Shown: piece after piece, positions 23,701 to 35,500 of the stretch | How positions within the stretch are numbered: position 1 is the first letter of the stretch | How the letters are laid out: every line of letters begins with the position of its first letter | NCBI GenBank assembly: GCA_963575745.1 | Contig: CAUYUJ010000311.1 | Coordinates: 62,001 to 115,495, forward strand | Direction: 5' to 3' | Source: Prorocentrum cordatum | Lineage: Eukaryota | Length of the DNA stretch: 53,495 bases | Position numbers and translations under genes: made by a program | Notes under the pieces: model-generated | Database searches by the model: none | The model's input: only the letters and a program-made list of their open reading frames with translations | What the model was told of the DNA's origin: nothing

Positions 23701-26700
23701 TCACATCATATCCTGTCCGAAATACGCTTGTACAACCCGCGGCAAGATCATAATCGTATGCTCAACGGCCGAGACCTCGGCATCAGTCACTGTTGAAGTT
23801 GGATCAATCGAGAGTGCCGCACTGTACACCTCCGTCCAAATGATCTCATGGCTGAGTGGCTGCCTTGAGAGTCTCGATACCCTTCCAACATCTATCCAGC
23901 ACCCGACTCCCACGCCGTCGCAAGAGACACCACCATCGAATCCAGCTCTGATGGCACAAACGCGAAACACCTGTTGTAACTGAGGGGCGTGAAGCCCTAT
24001 CCTATCTCGAATCACTGGTGGCCCGACGCGGGCCGTATGAGTGAGTACATCTGCACGCGTGTTCCATTCTCTATATGTGTGGTCAACAATTTCCCTCCCA
24101 TGACAGGCAGGCCTAATTCCATATCTTTGACACATGTTGTCGAGTTGGTTTATCATTCTGTTGATCCTATCCTGATAAGTACGATTAAGCACCCTCCAGA
24201 CACCCTGCAGCCAAGACACCACCAGAAGACTGTCCCCCGAAATATACACAGGGATCCCAAATGAGTCGAGGTCGTACTCAACCTCCTTCATATTTTGTAA
24301 CGCAATACGTTTGGCCAGTTTGTGGTTGAACGCCGCAGTGCCCTCTTGGGCCCCATAGGTGTGTAGGTCGTTTTGTGTGATAGTAAGTACCTCCTGCGGG
24401 GCCCCACCTGTTGTACCGTACCCTTTTCTTTTCTGAAAATAACTCAGCATCGTCCGTGTACACATGTGCTCGCAGAACTGAACATACGCGGCATCTGTCG
24501 GCACAAAGGACCCCCACCATTTGAGTCCGTAGAATTCGCAGAAAGAAAATAGCCAGCATCTCTGGCCGACAGCTCGACCTGAACTAACATGTCCCCTTTT
24601 TAGCTGCGAAGCCTCTTGGAAATGAAACATACCCCGCAAGCACTCAGACGCATCCGTCCTGAGTCTGTCCCACAGTGGACCATACGCAACCGTAGTCATG
24701 TGGTGATCTCTCCACGTACGTTGCGTCGAAGATATTTCCTCATGAGAAGCAGTACACAACATAGAAATGAAATCAGCAGCATCCTTAGCGGAGTTCCACA
24801 CCATACGAAGAAATCGCTGCACCAAACTCGCAAATCCATAAGATCGAAATTGCTCTCTGGCCTCATGGTACCGTCGTCGGTTCCAGTCCGCCATAGTCTC
24901 CTCCTCTCTCCTCGGCCGTCGAAACATACGGCACAAACACCATCCCTCGAAGGCATTGAGCATGTGTAGCGAGGAAGTATCCGCAGTACATGTCTCTAGA
25001 CAATACAACGCCATACTCTGCACCTTGTCTTGATAACGGCAAAACTTGTCACGAACAGCTACCGCTCTGTTACGAAAGAAATTCGACTGTCCAATGAAAC
25101 AAGCTCGAGCCTCCTTGATGCGATATTCAACATCCGGATGAGCAGGCACTAAGTAGGTGGAGAAAATCTCATGCCCCAATACTTTCATTATGCAAACACG
25201 TCGAAGTCTAAAGCCCTGATGTCTCGAGCACGCAGGTATACACAAATCCTCGCTGGTAAGTATATGTCCGTCACCGTCCACTTTAGCATTTTCCCCACAT
25301 GTCATGTACAACAGGCTGCTATCCTTCCATCTCATCCCCCAGTCATGTAGTGGTAGTGTTAGATCGTGCATCATCTGAGCCAACACAGTTGAGGAGGCAG
25401 AGACAAGGTAGCAGTTGTCCGCCCACACAAAGTGGTTCACTATTGTCCGTCGCTCATACTCACCACAGACGCCCTCCAGCACATACCCCACTCCTCTACT
25501 GTCCCAATCCCGAAATATAGGTCCCCACATGGCACATATGATAAGATTAAAGAGAAGAGGCCCCTCAGGGCCGCCCGTCCGTATGCAGACGTCCCAGTTG
25601 ATGTCGTGAATGGCCATACCCTCGACAACTAACGACCCCGTAGTGCAAACCAGCGGTGATAGCAAAGCATACTGGAGATAGGCAGGAATATTGGCATGGC
25701 ACATAGCTCGCTTGGCGTTTAGAAGGCTGCAGTGGTCGAACGCTTGTTTGATATCGGCGTTAGCGATATGGACCGTCTGATCCTTTCCCCAGATGTCCCC
25801 ATGTTGAGCCAGAGCCTTGAGGGCCCCCACAATTTCCACCGTCTTACGTCCCTCCTGGAAGCCGTAGATGCCCAGGGGTCCCATGAGGCCAGCCCGAGAC
25901 ACAAATTGTTCGACCAAGATCACCACACAAGCAGAGTACCAACGGCTGAGACTGTTTTGCAGACAGAGGTACCGTGCATCTGTCAGCGATGTCAAGCTCG
26001 GCAGCTTGGGCATGAAGGCGATCAAAATGTTCCTCCAATCCTGCGGATACTGCCGTGCCAAGCGAAATATCTCATCAAACATCCGAGCAACGCCACGCAA
26101 AGTCGCCCACGGCAATGCCTTGAGGATTTCACAAGGCAGCCTGTCGGGGCCGGTGGCACGCTTGGACTTGAGACGTGACCGTGCCTGGCATACCACCGCC
26201 ATTGTCAGTCCCTCAGTGCAGTACCCGTCACATAGGTTCTGTTGTGCATCCCTCCTCAACTCCTCCAACATCGCCATATCCCGTCCTCTGACCTCCTCCG
26301 AAGTATACTTCTGTCTGGTATGTGCTCTGATCTCCTCCACCCACTCCTCCCTGTCCTCAGATATCCGTCCCTGCACAATGAGGTGCTTGATACCATGACG
26401 CTCTTTGCGCCTGGAGGCAGGAGAGGTCCACGCGGCCAACGCCGCACGATACTCCCTCCGCAGTCCGTTGGCACGTCTGCGCAAGCTGGGCACGTCCACT
26501 GACGCTGGCAGAGGCTTCCGTCGCAAAATCTCCTGGCAGGCCGTGAGCCCTGCAGGCCTAATTGGCGGTAGTCCCCGTCCCGTGGTGGCAGTCGTGAATT
26601 TGATATCCTCCTGCTCAGTACAGGCCCGAATAGTGGTCGACACAAGGTCCCCTGGAGAACAAGTAGTATTGGCATCTCCCAAGACCCGATCGATTTCCTT

Positions 26701-27672
26701 TCGCGCCATATTGAGGTCCCCCCAATTCACCGTCTTATAACCCACCAAACTCTTTTCACGAGCTGCCGTCGGGATACTACGTTTGACCAGCTCAGCGCCT
26801 GTGTCACTAAAAGTCCCCTGAAGCAGGCCATGGTCGCTGAGACGACTACGATTTGTCTTCCCCCCATTACTCATGATCGTTTCGACCGTCATCTCATCGA
26901 TCACCCACGTCCTGGGAACAAAAATGTAATCAAGAACCTTCTTACACGTCCCCCACCGAGATACTCCGTAGCTCTCCCATGTGTGTAGTCGTCGTGGCAA
27001 GAACGAATTGGCAGCCTTCATCCCCAGGCGCCCTAGAAAGCACAGAACACGCTCGCGCAACTGTTGTCGTACGTCCCTCCTCACCCGCTGTGCACCTCCC
27101 TCCTCGCAAGTCCTCCTCTCCTCCTTGGTAGCACTTCCCACCGCCTCATAGACAGTCCCAGTGCGTGAGCACTGCAGCTGAGTTGATGGGGATAGCTCAA
27201 CGTTGGCATCGAGCAGCACAGAGACAGTCGCCCCCTTCCAGCGGCTGCGCAGAGTGAGAATAACTGACTCGAGCGCGTCCAACACCACGCACTGCACATC
27301 TACGGCGTTCTCGACGCCGGGGTCGGGAAGATACGCAGAGGCAACTATCACAGGGGCACTTCCACTACCAAAGACCACCACACAGAACCGTTCATATTGA
27401 CATATTGATTCACGCACACACGTACTCCACTCTTTGTTAAATAATAACCCACACTTACCGTCACAACTCACACGATATGATAGACCACACCGTCTGATAT
27501 ATGCATCGAATTTGCCTCCAAAAAGATTCTGGCATTCCTGAACACCCCAGATGCAATCTCGCATTGAAAGGCACCTCAGAATCTCATTCCCCTTGAAATT
27601 GGCCGACCCCGCCCGATTGAGGTTCCAGCTACCCAGTCGGATCCCCTTGAACGGTGTTCGGCGTCGTCGTCG
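23701..27672 (-). CDS. E2 ORF2: APE endonuclease, RT and permuted RNase H
   Basis: GSWNL (upstream of ATG 27564), VQE, SAYLP, LDAN, LDY, SDH; ADIKQAFD, IRTGGPEGP, WADN; GDSLLVV...REWNTRAD...FDGG...TDAEVSA. Confidence 0.92.
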   Translation of the reverse strand, partial: RRRRRTPFKGIRLGSWNLNRAGSANFKGNEILRCLSMRDCIWGVQECQNLFGGKFDAYIRRCGLSYRVSCDGKCGLLFNKEWSTCVRESICQYERFCVVVFGSGSAPVIVASAYLPDPGVENAVDVQCVVLDALESVILTLRSRWKGATVSVLLDANVELSPSTQLQCSRTGTVYEAVGSATKEERRTCEEGGAQRVRRDVRQQLRERVLCFLGRLGMKAANSFLPRRLHTWESYGVSRWGTCKKVLDYIFVPRTWVIDEMTVETIMSNGGKTNRSRLSDHGLLQGTFSDTGAELVKRSIPTAAREKSLVGYKTVNWGDLNMARKEIDRVLGDANTTCSPGDLVSTTIRACTEQEDIKFTTATTGRGLPPIRPAGLTACQEILRRKPLPASVDVPSLRRRANGLRREYRAALAAWTSPASRRKERHGIKHLIVQGRISEDREEWVEEIRAHTRQKYTSEEVRGRDMAMLEELRRDAQQNLCDGYCTEGLTMAVVCQARSRLKSKRATGPDRLPCEILKALPWATLRGVARMFDEIFRLARQYPQDWRNILIAFMPKLPSLTSLTDARYLCLQNSLSRWYSACVVILVEQFVSRAGLMGPLGIYGFQEGRKTVEIVGALKALAQHGDIWGKDQTVHIANADIKQAFDHCSLLNAKRAMCHANIPAYLQYALLSPLVCTTGSLVVEGMAIHDINWDVCIRTGGPEGPLLFNLIICAMWGPIFRDWDSRGVGYVLEGVCGEYERRTIVNHFVWADNCYLVSASSTVLAQMMHDLTLPLHDWGMRWKDSSLLYMTCGENAKVDGDGHILTSEDLCIPACSRHQGFRLRRVCIMKVLGHEIFSTYLVPAHPDVEYRIKEARACFIGQSNFFRNRAVAVRDKFCRYQDKVQSMALYCLETCTADTSSLHMLNAFEGWCLCRMFRRPRREEETMADWNRRRYHEAREQFRSYGFASLVQRFLRMVWNSAKDAADFISMLCTASHEEISSTQRTWRDHHMTTVAYGPLWDRLRTDASECLRGMFHFQEASQLKRGHVSSGRAVGQRCWLFSFCEFYGLKWWGSFVPTDAAYVQFCEHMCTRTMLSYFQKRKGYGTTGGAPQEVLTITQNDLHTYGAQEGTAAFNHKLAKRIALQNMKEVEYDLDSFGIPVYISGDSLLVVSWLQGVWRVLNRTYQDRINRMINQLDNMCQRYGIRPACHGREIVDHTYREWNTRADVLTHTARVGPPVIRDRIGLHAPQLQQVFRVCAIRAGFDGGVSCDGVGVGCWIDVGRVSRLSRQPLSHEIIWTEVYSAALSIDPTSTVTDAEVSAVEHTIMILPRVVQAYFGQDMM

Positions 27673-29127
27673 TCACACCCTCCTGTTGACTTCCGTCTCG
27701 ATATCAGCCTTCGTCTTAGTAAACGCAGGTATGAGTTGATGCAACCTGTCGACAGTCTCACTCGATACCTCCCATGTCGCACGCGTCGTGGTAAACTCGG
27801 CCAGAAGCATCGGCCTCGGAGCGGCCGTCGTGGGCACTGTCCATATAGTCGATTTGGGCGGTCCCATTTCCCCTCGCACAGCAATAACCTCGATACCAAT
27901 CTGTGTACACATGCTCCGAATAGTGCCGCAGAATCTCCCCACCGCCTTAACGTGGTCCCTCTTCCACTCTGGGCATTCGACACTGACTTTGATCGACTCA
28001 GGGTTGATAACCTGCTTCATATTCTCAATGAGGCACTGTGGTGCAGCGATCTGGATTCCTGGAGGAGGCGCGGGGCGTTTAGCAGGGGGTACCGTCACAA
28101 GGTCGATGCACCGTTTGACCCTCCAAATAATATCCCTGTCGGTCCCTGGCTTGAATTTGATGTTTGCCGATCCGAACATGTAACGGCCAGCGTTAATGCG
28201 CTCAGTACCGTCAACACACACGTGCACACGATCATCCTCCGAAAGACAATGATTTGTAATGTTCTCTATGAGCACCTTCACATCCTCCCACATGAGCATT
28301 TCCTGAGACCTCCTATCCCTGTCGCTCCAGTTGGTGACCCATCCCTTGAGTTCGACATACGTTGGAGAGAAGTAGGTGGTTCCAGGAGCCTGGTATCTTC
28401 CCGTCCTGGTATTATCAGGCCTCGTCGAAGCGTCACTGGCAACTGAACCCGCACGAACCTGTCCCGGGAGCCCCTGGACGATCGTCTCGAGTCGATTATG
28501 TTTAGTCTCAAGCCCCTGAACGCTCGTCTCCAGATTAGAGATCGCAACACCCTGCTTCTGGACCTGGGCCTGAACGTTGTCGATTTTGGTCCCCTGAACT
28601 CCTATGGCATCCTGGATCCTTTCAGTGTTATCATCCATCTTGTGCATCATCTGCAACAGTAAACTCTGCATACCATCCTTCCCCTCCAAGGCGGCCTTCC
28701 TTTCAGCAAGAACCTCCTCACGATTACGCTTCACAGGGGGGGCTCCGCCATCCACCGTCATGTTATCTGCATGCTCGGGCATTGTGTCAATACACTCAGG
28801 TCCGTACCCCCACGAGTGCAACCACTGTCGTGTCACCGTCCGTTCACAGAGAGGTACAGCAGATTCACTATCTGGAGTGGAGTCGGCAGTATTCAATCTT
28901 CCGTCCAATGGGTAGTCACCTGGGGTCTTCTCAATATCCTGAAGTTGTCTTTTACGAGAAGCTCGCTCGACAGCAGTATCTGGCTTTTGACCGTAATCCT
29001 GTGAGTACTGCAAATATGGCACTGTCGGTGATATATCCTCCAGGTGAAACCTTCTCGCAAGAACCGAAAAGTCGTATCCGTCCGTCGTCACACACGCACA
29101 ACAAAAGATAACAAGCGCAGCAAACAA
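27673..29127 (-). CDS. E2 ORF1 (coiled coil plus putative RRM-like nucleic-acid chaperone); start uncertain
   Basis: 484-aa ORF directly upstream of ORF2, with a heptad repeat and PTYVELKGW. Confidence 0.8.
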   Translation of the reverse strand: MFAALVIFCCACVTTDGYDFSVLARRFHLEDISPTVPYLQYSQDYGQKPDTAVERASRKRQLQDIEKTPGDYPLDGRLNTADSTPDSESAVPLCERTVTRQWLHSWGYGPECIDTMPEHADNMTVDGGAPPVKRNREEVLAERKAALEGKDGMQSLLLQMMHKMDDNTERIQDAIGVQGTKIDNVQAQVQKQGVAISNLETSVQGLETKHNRLETIVQGLPGQVRAGSVASDASTRPDNTRTGRYQAPGTTYFSPTYVELKGWVTNWSDRDRRSQEMLMWEDVKVLIENITNHCLSEDDRVHVCVDGTERINAGRYMFGSANIKFKPGTDRDIIWRVKRCIDLVTVPPAKRPAPPPGIQIAAPQCLIENMKQVINPESIKVSVECPEWKRDHVKAVGRFCGTIRSMCTQIGIEVIAVRGEMGPPKSTIWTVPTTAAPRPMLLAEFTTTRATWEVSSETVDRLHQLIPAFTKTKADIETEVNRRV

Positions 29128-30713
29128 AGGAAGCGCAGCAACAGTTCAACCTTCCTTACCGCCGGGGGGCTCGTAGAGCTTCCTGACAATATATAATATC
29201 GACAAAAATGCAGAGAACGAATAGTGTTCCAGCCCACGGAACGCCCCGATGTTTCTGAATTGTCAGCCCGAGTTACGTGCGTAAATCGACAGCACCTCTC
29301 AAGATGACTCGAACAGTACGAATAGTTTGGCAAACCTAGCTCGAGTATCAGACTGAGTTCAGAGCTCTGGATTTGACAGGCGGACGCGCCTGATGTCTCC
29401 GAATCGATTCCTGTGATTACCAGCCCTGCAGCCCCCCTACAGCCCGAGTTCAGTGCAGAAAACCGACAGCTCTCAGGATGACTCGAACAATACGGATAGT
29501 TTCGCAGACCTAGTTCGGGCAGCAGACCAATTTCCGACCTCTGGATTCGACAGGCGGACGCGCCTGATGTCTACAAATCGATTCCTGTGACTACCAGCAC
29601 TGGCCCCCCTACAGCCCGAGTTAAGTACAGAAAACCGACAGCACCTCTCAAGATGACTCGAAAAATACGAATAGTTTCGCGATTCTAGATCGGGCAGCAG
29701 ACCGAGTTCAGAGCCTGTATTCAACAAACGAACGCGACTGATGATTCCGAATCGGTTTCTGTAAATATCAGCTCTGTAGATGTCGTATAGCTCGAGTTAA
29801 GTACAGAAAACCGAGAGCGTCTGTCAAGATAACTCGAATAATACGAATAGATTTGCGGACCTAGCTCGGCTAGCAGACCGAGTTCAGACCTTTGGATGCA
29901 ACAGGCACACGCGCCTGATCATTTTGAATCGATAAGGTGTGCTTACCAGCTCTATAGCTGTCCTGTATCTCGAGTTCAGTCCAATATACCGAGAGCGCGT
30001 ATGTATCAAGATCACTTGAAACGGCCGATCCTGCCTGCCTGCTTTTTGGTAGTAAAAGCTACCCGATGGGAACCGGCGATAGACCGTCAACCAGGTCAGC
30101 GCCGGGCACATCGTAGAGCTCTTTTCTTGCACAGCGCTCCTCGGAACACATGAAGGAAGCTTCTGAAGCGAGAGCCGAAAAATCCGAAAAATCACGATTT
30201 TTCGGGGCTCATCCAAAGTCGATTCCCCCAAGTGTTTTGATAGTGATACTGCACCTATCGGCCTGAAAATTTTACTGGCAGACGCGCCTCAACCCACTAC
30301 AGATGCGAAAAATCTCATGTGTCTTCCAAATATTTGCAAAACCACCCAAAAGTTATCACTTTGTCATTTTCTGGCCGGGTCGACCAACTAGCTCCACCCC
30401 GCGCCGGAATTCCTCTAGCTCATCGATGCCGAAGAGCTCTACGAGGTATTCCTCTAGCTCATCGATAACGAAGAGCTCTACGAGGTATCTAGCTGAGATC
30501 AAGATGGCGAGCAGGAATAAGATCGAATATCATGGAAAAATATTAGAGCTCAAACGAAATTGTTGAATTTCGAGAACAAAATTTTGAACCGACCAAAAGT
30601 CAGCAAAAGGTCAATCGAGATTTGTCCTGCCAACTGGGCGCCGGCGGTAAACCGTCAACCTTTCTTACCGCCGGGGGACTCGTAGAGCTTCCTGATAATA
30701 TATAAAGTCGAAA

Positions 30714-32583
30714 TTATCCTGGCGAAAGACCCAACCATATGCAGTTGTGAGTGCCGCAATTGTGAGTACCTTCTTCGGTGGCGCTCCCAATGGGGCCACG
30801 AACCGCATGAGGGGTATGCCGAAATATGGCGGGGTACACAACGCAAAGGAATACGATAGGTCAGATTACGAAAGAATGAACGCGGGTGAGCCAGAGCGCG
30901 AGAGAGTCTGAGTGTGAATGGGTCTGCGTGGGAGTGAGTATATTTGCATGAGTGCGATCTTGGCTACGCCTAGTGTAAATGTAAATGAATGTGCATGGCT
31001 CGAGCATGCCTGTCCGAACACTGCTGACACTGGGCGTGGCCGCCGCAGGCAGCTTCCGCGGGAACCCCGACGGCAGCGCCCGCGCGCCGCGACGCCCATG
31101 TCGGCACGCCCCTCACGGGGATCGCACCCGCTTCCGCCCCTTCTTTTCCCCCTTCTTTGCCTGCGCGCTCCAAAAATCCAAAGCTGCGGGCGCAGAGCAG
31201 CGCGGAGTCCCCGCGACGCGCGCAGGTCGCCGCGGAGGGGTCCCAGCGACGCGCGCAGGTCCTGAGATGGAGCTCCCTGTGGGGCCACGAAACGTGTGAA
31301 GGGGTGACATGCGAACTGCGCCACTGGGACCTTGGTGCAACTCCCTGAGGGGCCACGAAACGTGTGAGGGGTGTGCCAAAAAGGGGCGGTGGCGCCATGC
31401 GAGCTGCGCCACTTGGACCTCAGGTGGAGCTCCCTGAGGGGCCACGAAACGTGTGAGGGGTGTGCCAAAATGGGGCGGTGGCGCCATGCGAGCTGCGCCA
31501 CTTGGACCGTAAATGGAGCTCCCTATGGGGCCACGAAACGTGTGAGGGGTGTGCCAAAATGGGGCGGTGGCGCCATGCGAGCTGCGCCACGTGGACCTTA
31601 GGTGGAGCTCCCTATGGGGCCACGAAGCGTGTGAGGGGTGTGCCAAAATGAGCTCCCTGAGGGGCCACGAAACGTGTGAGGGGTGTGCCAAAATGGGGCG
31701 GTGGCGCCATGCGAGCTGCGCCACTTGGACCCCAGGTGGAGCTCCCTGAGGGGCCACGAAACGTGTGAGGGGTGTGCCAAAATGGGGCGGTGGCGCCATG
31801 CGAGCTGCGCCACTTGGACCTCAGGTGGAGCTCCCTGAGGGGCCACGAAACGTGTGAGGGGTGTGCCAAAATGGGGCGGTGGCGCCATGCGAGCTGCGCC
31901 ACTTGGACCGTAAATGGAGCTCCCTATGGGGCCACGAAACGTGTGAGGGGTGTGCCAAAATGGGGCGGTGGCGCCATGCGAGCTGCGCCACTTGGACCGT
32001 AAATGGAGCTCCCTATGGGGCCACGAAACGTGTGAGGGGTGTGCCAAAAAGGGACGGTGGCGCCATGCGAGCTGCGCCACGTGGACCTTAGGTGGAGCTC
32101 CCTATGGGGCCACGAAGCGTGTGAGGGGTGTGCCAAAATGAGCTCCCTGAGGGGCCACGAAACGTGTGAGGGGTGTGCCAAAATGGGGCGGTGGCGCCAT
32201 GCGAGCTGCGCCACTTGGACCTCAGGTGGAGCTCCCTGAGGGGCCACGAAACGTGTGAGGGGTGTGCCAAAATGGGGCGGTGGCGCCATGCGAGCTGCGC
32301 CACTTGGACCTTAGGTGGAGCTCCCTATGGGGCCACGAAACGTGTGAGGGGTGTGCCAAAAAGGGGCGGTGGCGCCATGCGAGCTGCGCCACGTGGACCT
32401 TAGGTGGAGCTCCCTATGGGGCCACGAAACGTGTGAGGGGTGTGCCATGATGATGACGATGATGATGATGATGACGATGAGGATGATAGGAGGGGAGAGG
32501 AGGCGGAGGAGGAGAGGAGGAAGGAGACGCGGGGCACCGTCTCTTCAAAACGAGGACCCAACACCACAGGATGGTTGGGATAA
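30714..32583. mobile_element. Non-autonomous element carrying an 89-bp tandem array, inserted into an A-run of an H1 element
   Basis: Host sequence gtcgaaa|...|aattgcagag is split. The ends are TTATCC...CCCAACCAT and ATGGTTGGGATAA (asymmetric inverted repeats), with a hairpin at the right end. Confidence 0.6.
31269..32446. repeat. 89-bp tandem repeat, about 13 copies, with two 45-bp half units
   Basis: Unit ggagctccct(g/a)(a/t)ggggccacgaaacgtgtgaggggtgtgccaaaatggggcggtggcgccatgcgagctgcgccacttggacc...; followed by (GAT)n and GA-rich sequence. Confidence 0.95.
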
Positions 32584-35500
32584 AATTGCAGAGACGGATA
32601 GTTTTTCAGCCCAAGCGATTTCAGACCTCTCGATGCAACAGCTGAACGCCCCCGATGCTTCTGGATTGTGTTCTGTACGAGCTCTGTAGCTCTCCTCCAG
32701 CCCGAGTTACGCGCGTAAATCGACAGCACCTCTCAAGATGACTCGAACAATAGAAATAGTTTCGAGTATCAGACCGAGTTCAGACCTCTGAATGCGACAG
32801 GCGGACGCGTCTGATCTCTCCCAATCGATTCCTGTGATTACCAGCCCTGCAGCCCCCCTTCAGCCCGAGTTAAGTGCAGAAAACCAACAGCACCTCTCAG
32901 GATGACTCGAACAATACAAATAGTTTCGCGAACCTAGTTCAGGCAGCAGACCGAGTTCGAGGTCTGGATTCGACAGGCGGACGCGCCTTATGTCTCCAAA
33001 TCGATTCCTGTGAGTACCAGCACTGTGCCCACCCTACAGCCCGAGTTAAGTACAGAAAACCGACAGCACCTCTCAAGATGACTCGAAGAATACGAATAGT
33101 TTCGCGAATCTAGATCGGGCAGCAGACCGAGTTCAGAGCTCTGGATTCAACAGACGAACGCGACTGACGATTCTGGATTGGTTTCTGTGAGTATCAGCTC
33201 TGTAGCTGTCGTATAGCTCGAGTTAAGTACAGAAAACCGAGAGCGTCTGTCAAGATGACTGAATAATACGAATAGGTTTGCGGACCTGGCTCGGCTAGCA
33301 GACCGAGTTCAGACCTCTGGATGCAACAGACGAACGCGCCTGATCATTCTGAATCCACAAGCTGTGCTTACCAGCTCTGTAGCTGTCCTGTATCTCGAAT
33401 TAAGTCCAATATACCGAGAGCGCGTATCAAGATGACTCGAAACGGCCGATCCCGCCTGGACGCTTTTTGGCAGCAAAAGGTACCCGATCGAGAGATCAAG
33501 ATGGCGAGCGGGAAAAAGATCGAATATCGCAGGAAAAATTCTAGAGCTCTAACGGATGGTTGAATTTCGAAAACAAAATTTTAAACCGACCAAAAGTCAG
33601 CAAAAGGTCCGTCGAGATTTTTCTTGCCAACTAGCTCTCCAGCGCCCCAGAATTACTCTTAAGCTTCCAGCAATAACTTGCTAAGGGAAGCTCTACGAGT
33701 TACTGGGCGCCGGCGGTAAACCGTTAACCTTTCTTACCGCCGGGGGACTCGTAGAGCTTCCTGACAATATATAATGTCGGAAAAAAGAGAACGAATAGTT
33801 TTTCAGCCCAAGCGATTTCAGACCTTTCGATGCAACAGCCGAACGCCCCTGATGTTGGATTGTCTTCTATACGAGCTCTGTAGCTCTCCTACAGCCCGAG
33901 TTACGTTCGTAAATCAAAAGCACCTCTCAAGATCACTCGGACAATACGAATAGTTCGGCAAACCTAGCTCGAGTATCAGACCGAGTTCAGACCTCTGAAT
34001 GCAACAGTGGGACGCGTCTGATGTCTCTGAATCGATTCCTCTGATCACCAGCCCTGCAGCCCCCCTACAGCCCGAGTTAAGTGCAGAAAACCGACAGCAC
34101 CTCTCAGGATGACTCGGACTGGACGCCGGCGGTAAACCGTCAACCTTTCTTACCGCCGGGTGACTCGTAGAGCTTCCTAACAATATATAATGTCGAAAAA
34201 AATGCAGAGAACGAATAGTTTTTCAGCCCAAGCGATTTCAGACCTCTCGATGCAACAGCCGAACGCCCCCGATGTTTCTGGATTGTCTTCTGTACAAGCT
34301 CTGTAGCTCTCCTACAGCCCGAGTTACGGGCGTAAATCGACAGCAACCCTGAAGTTGACTCGAACAATACGAATAGTTTGGCAAACCTATCTTGAGTATC
34401 AAACCAAGTTCAGGCCTCTGAATGCGACAGGCGGACGCGTCTGATGTCTCCGAATCGATTCCTGTGATTACCAGCCCTGCAGCCCCCCTACAGCCCGAGT
34501 GAAGTGCAGAAAACCGACAGCATCTCAGGATGACTCGAACAATACGAATAGGTTCGCGGACCTAGTTCGGGCAGCAGAGCGAGTTCCAGGCTCTGGATTC
34601 GAAAGGTGGACACGCCTGATGTCTCCGAATCGATTCCTGTGACTACCAGCACTGTAGCCCCCCACAACCCGAGTTAAGTACAGAAAGACCGACAGCACCT
34701 CTAAAGATGACTCGAACAATACGAATAGTTTCGCGATTCTAGAGCGGGCAGCAGACCGAGTTCAGAGCTCTGGATTCAACAGACAAACGCGACTGATCAC
34801 TCTGAATTGGTTTCTATAAGTATCAGCTCTGTAGCTGCCATATAGCTCGAGTTAAGTACAGAAAACCCAGAGCACCTGTCAAGATCACTCGATTAATACG
34901 AATGTGCAGACCTAGCTCGGCTAGCACTTCGAGTTGAGACCTCTGGATGCAACAGATGAACGCACCTGATCATTCTGAATCGATAAGGTGTGCTTACCAG
35001 CTCTGTAGCTGTCCTGTGTCTCGAGTTAAGTCCAATATACCGACAGCGCGCATCAAGATGACTCGAAACGGCCGATCCCGCCTGGACGCTTTTTGGCAGC
35101 AAAAGGTACCCAATCGAGCTGAGATCAAGATGGCGAGCGGGAATAAGATCGAATATCACGGGAAAAAATACTAGAGCTCTAACGAATGGATAAATTTCGA
35201 AAACAAAATGTTCCACCGACCAAAAGTCATCAAAAGGTCCGTCGAGATTTTTCTTGCCAACTATCTCTCCAGCGCCCCGGAATTACTCCTAAGCTTCCAG
35301 CGAAAACTTGCTAAGGGAAGCTCTACCAGTTACTAGCTCCACCCCGCGCCGGATTTCCTCTAGCTCATCGCTGCCGAAGAGCTCTACGAGGTACTATCGA
35401 AAAATCGTGATTGTTCGATTCGCTTCAGACACTTCCTTCACTCGGCGCCGGCGGTAAACCGTCAACCTTTCTTACCGCCGGGGGACTCGTAGAGCTTCCT

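Larger units (their letters stand above)
23508..29145 (-). mobile_element. Non-LTR retrotransposon E2 with both ORFs uninterrupted (best candidate for a recently active copy)
   Basis: 12-bp target-site duplication TCAACCTTCCTT at 23496-23507 and 29146-29157. A matching empty site is at 37239-37250. Confidence 0.93.

Noticed and set aside
23701..27672. Bacterial RT system (retron, DGR, group II intron)
   Set aside because: The APE endonuclease, ORF1, TSDs and spliced-leader relics identify eukaryotic non-LTR elements.
31269..32446. Possible CRISPR array
   Set aside because: Contiguous tandem units with no unique spacers and no cas genes, in a eukaryotic context.
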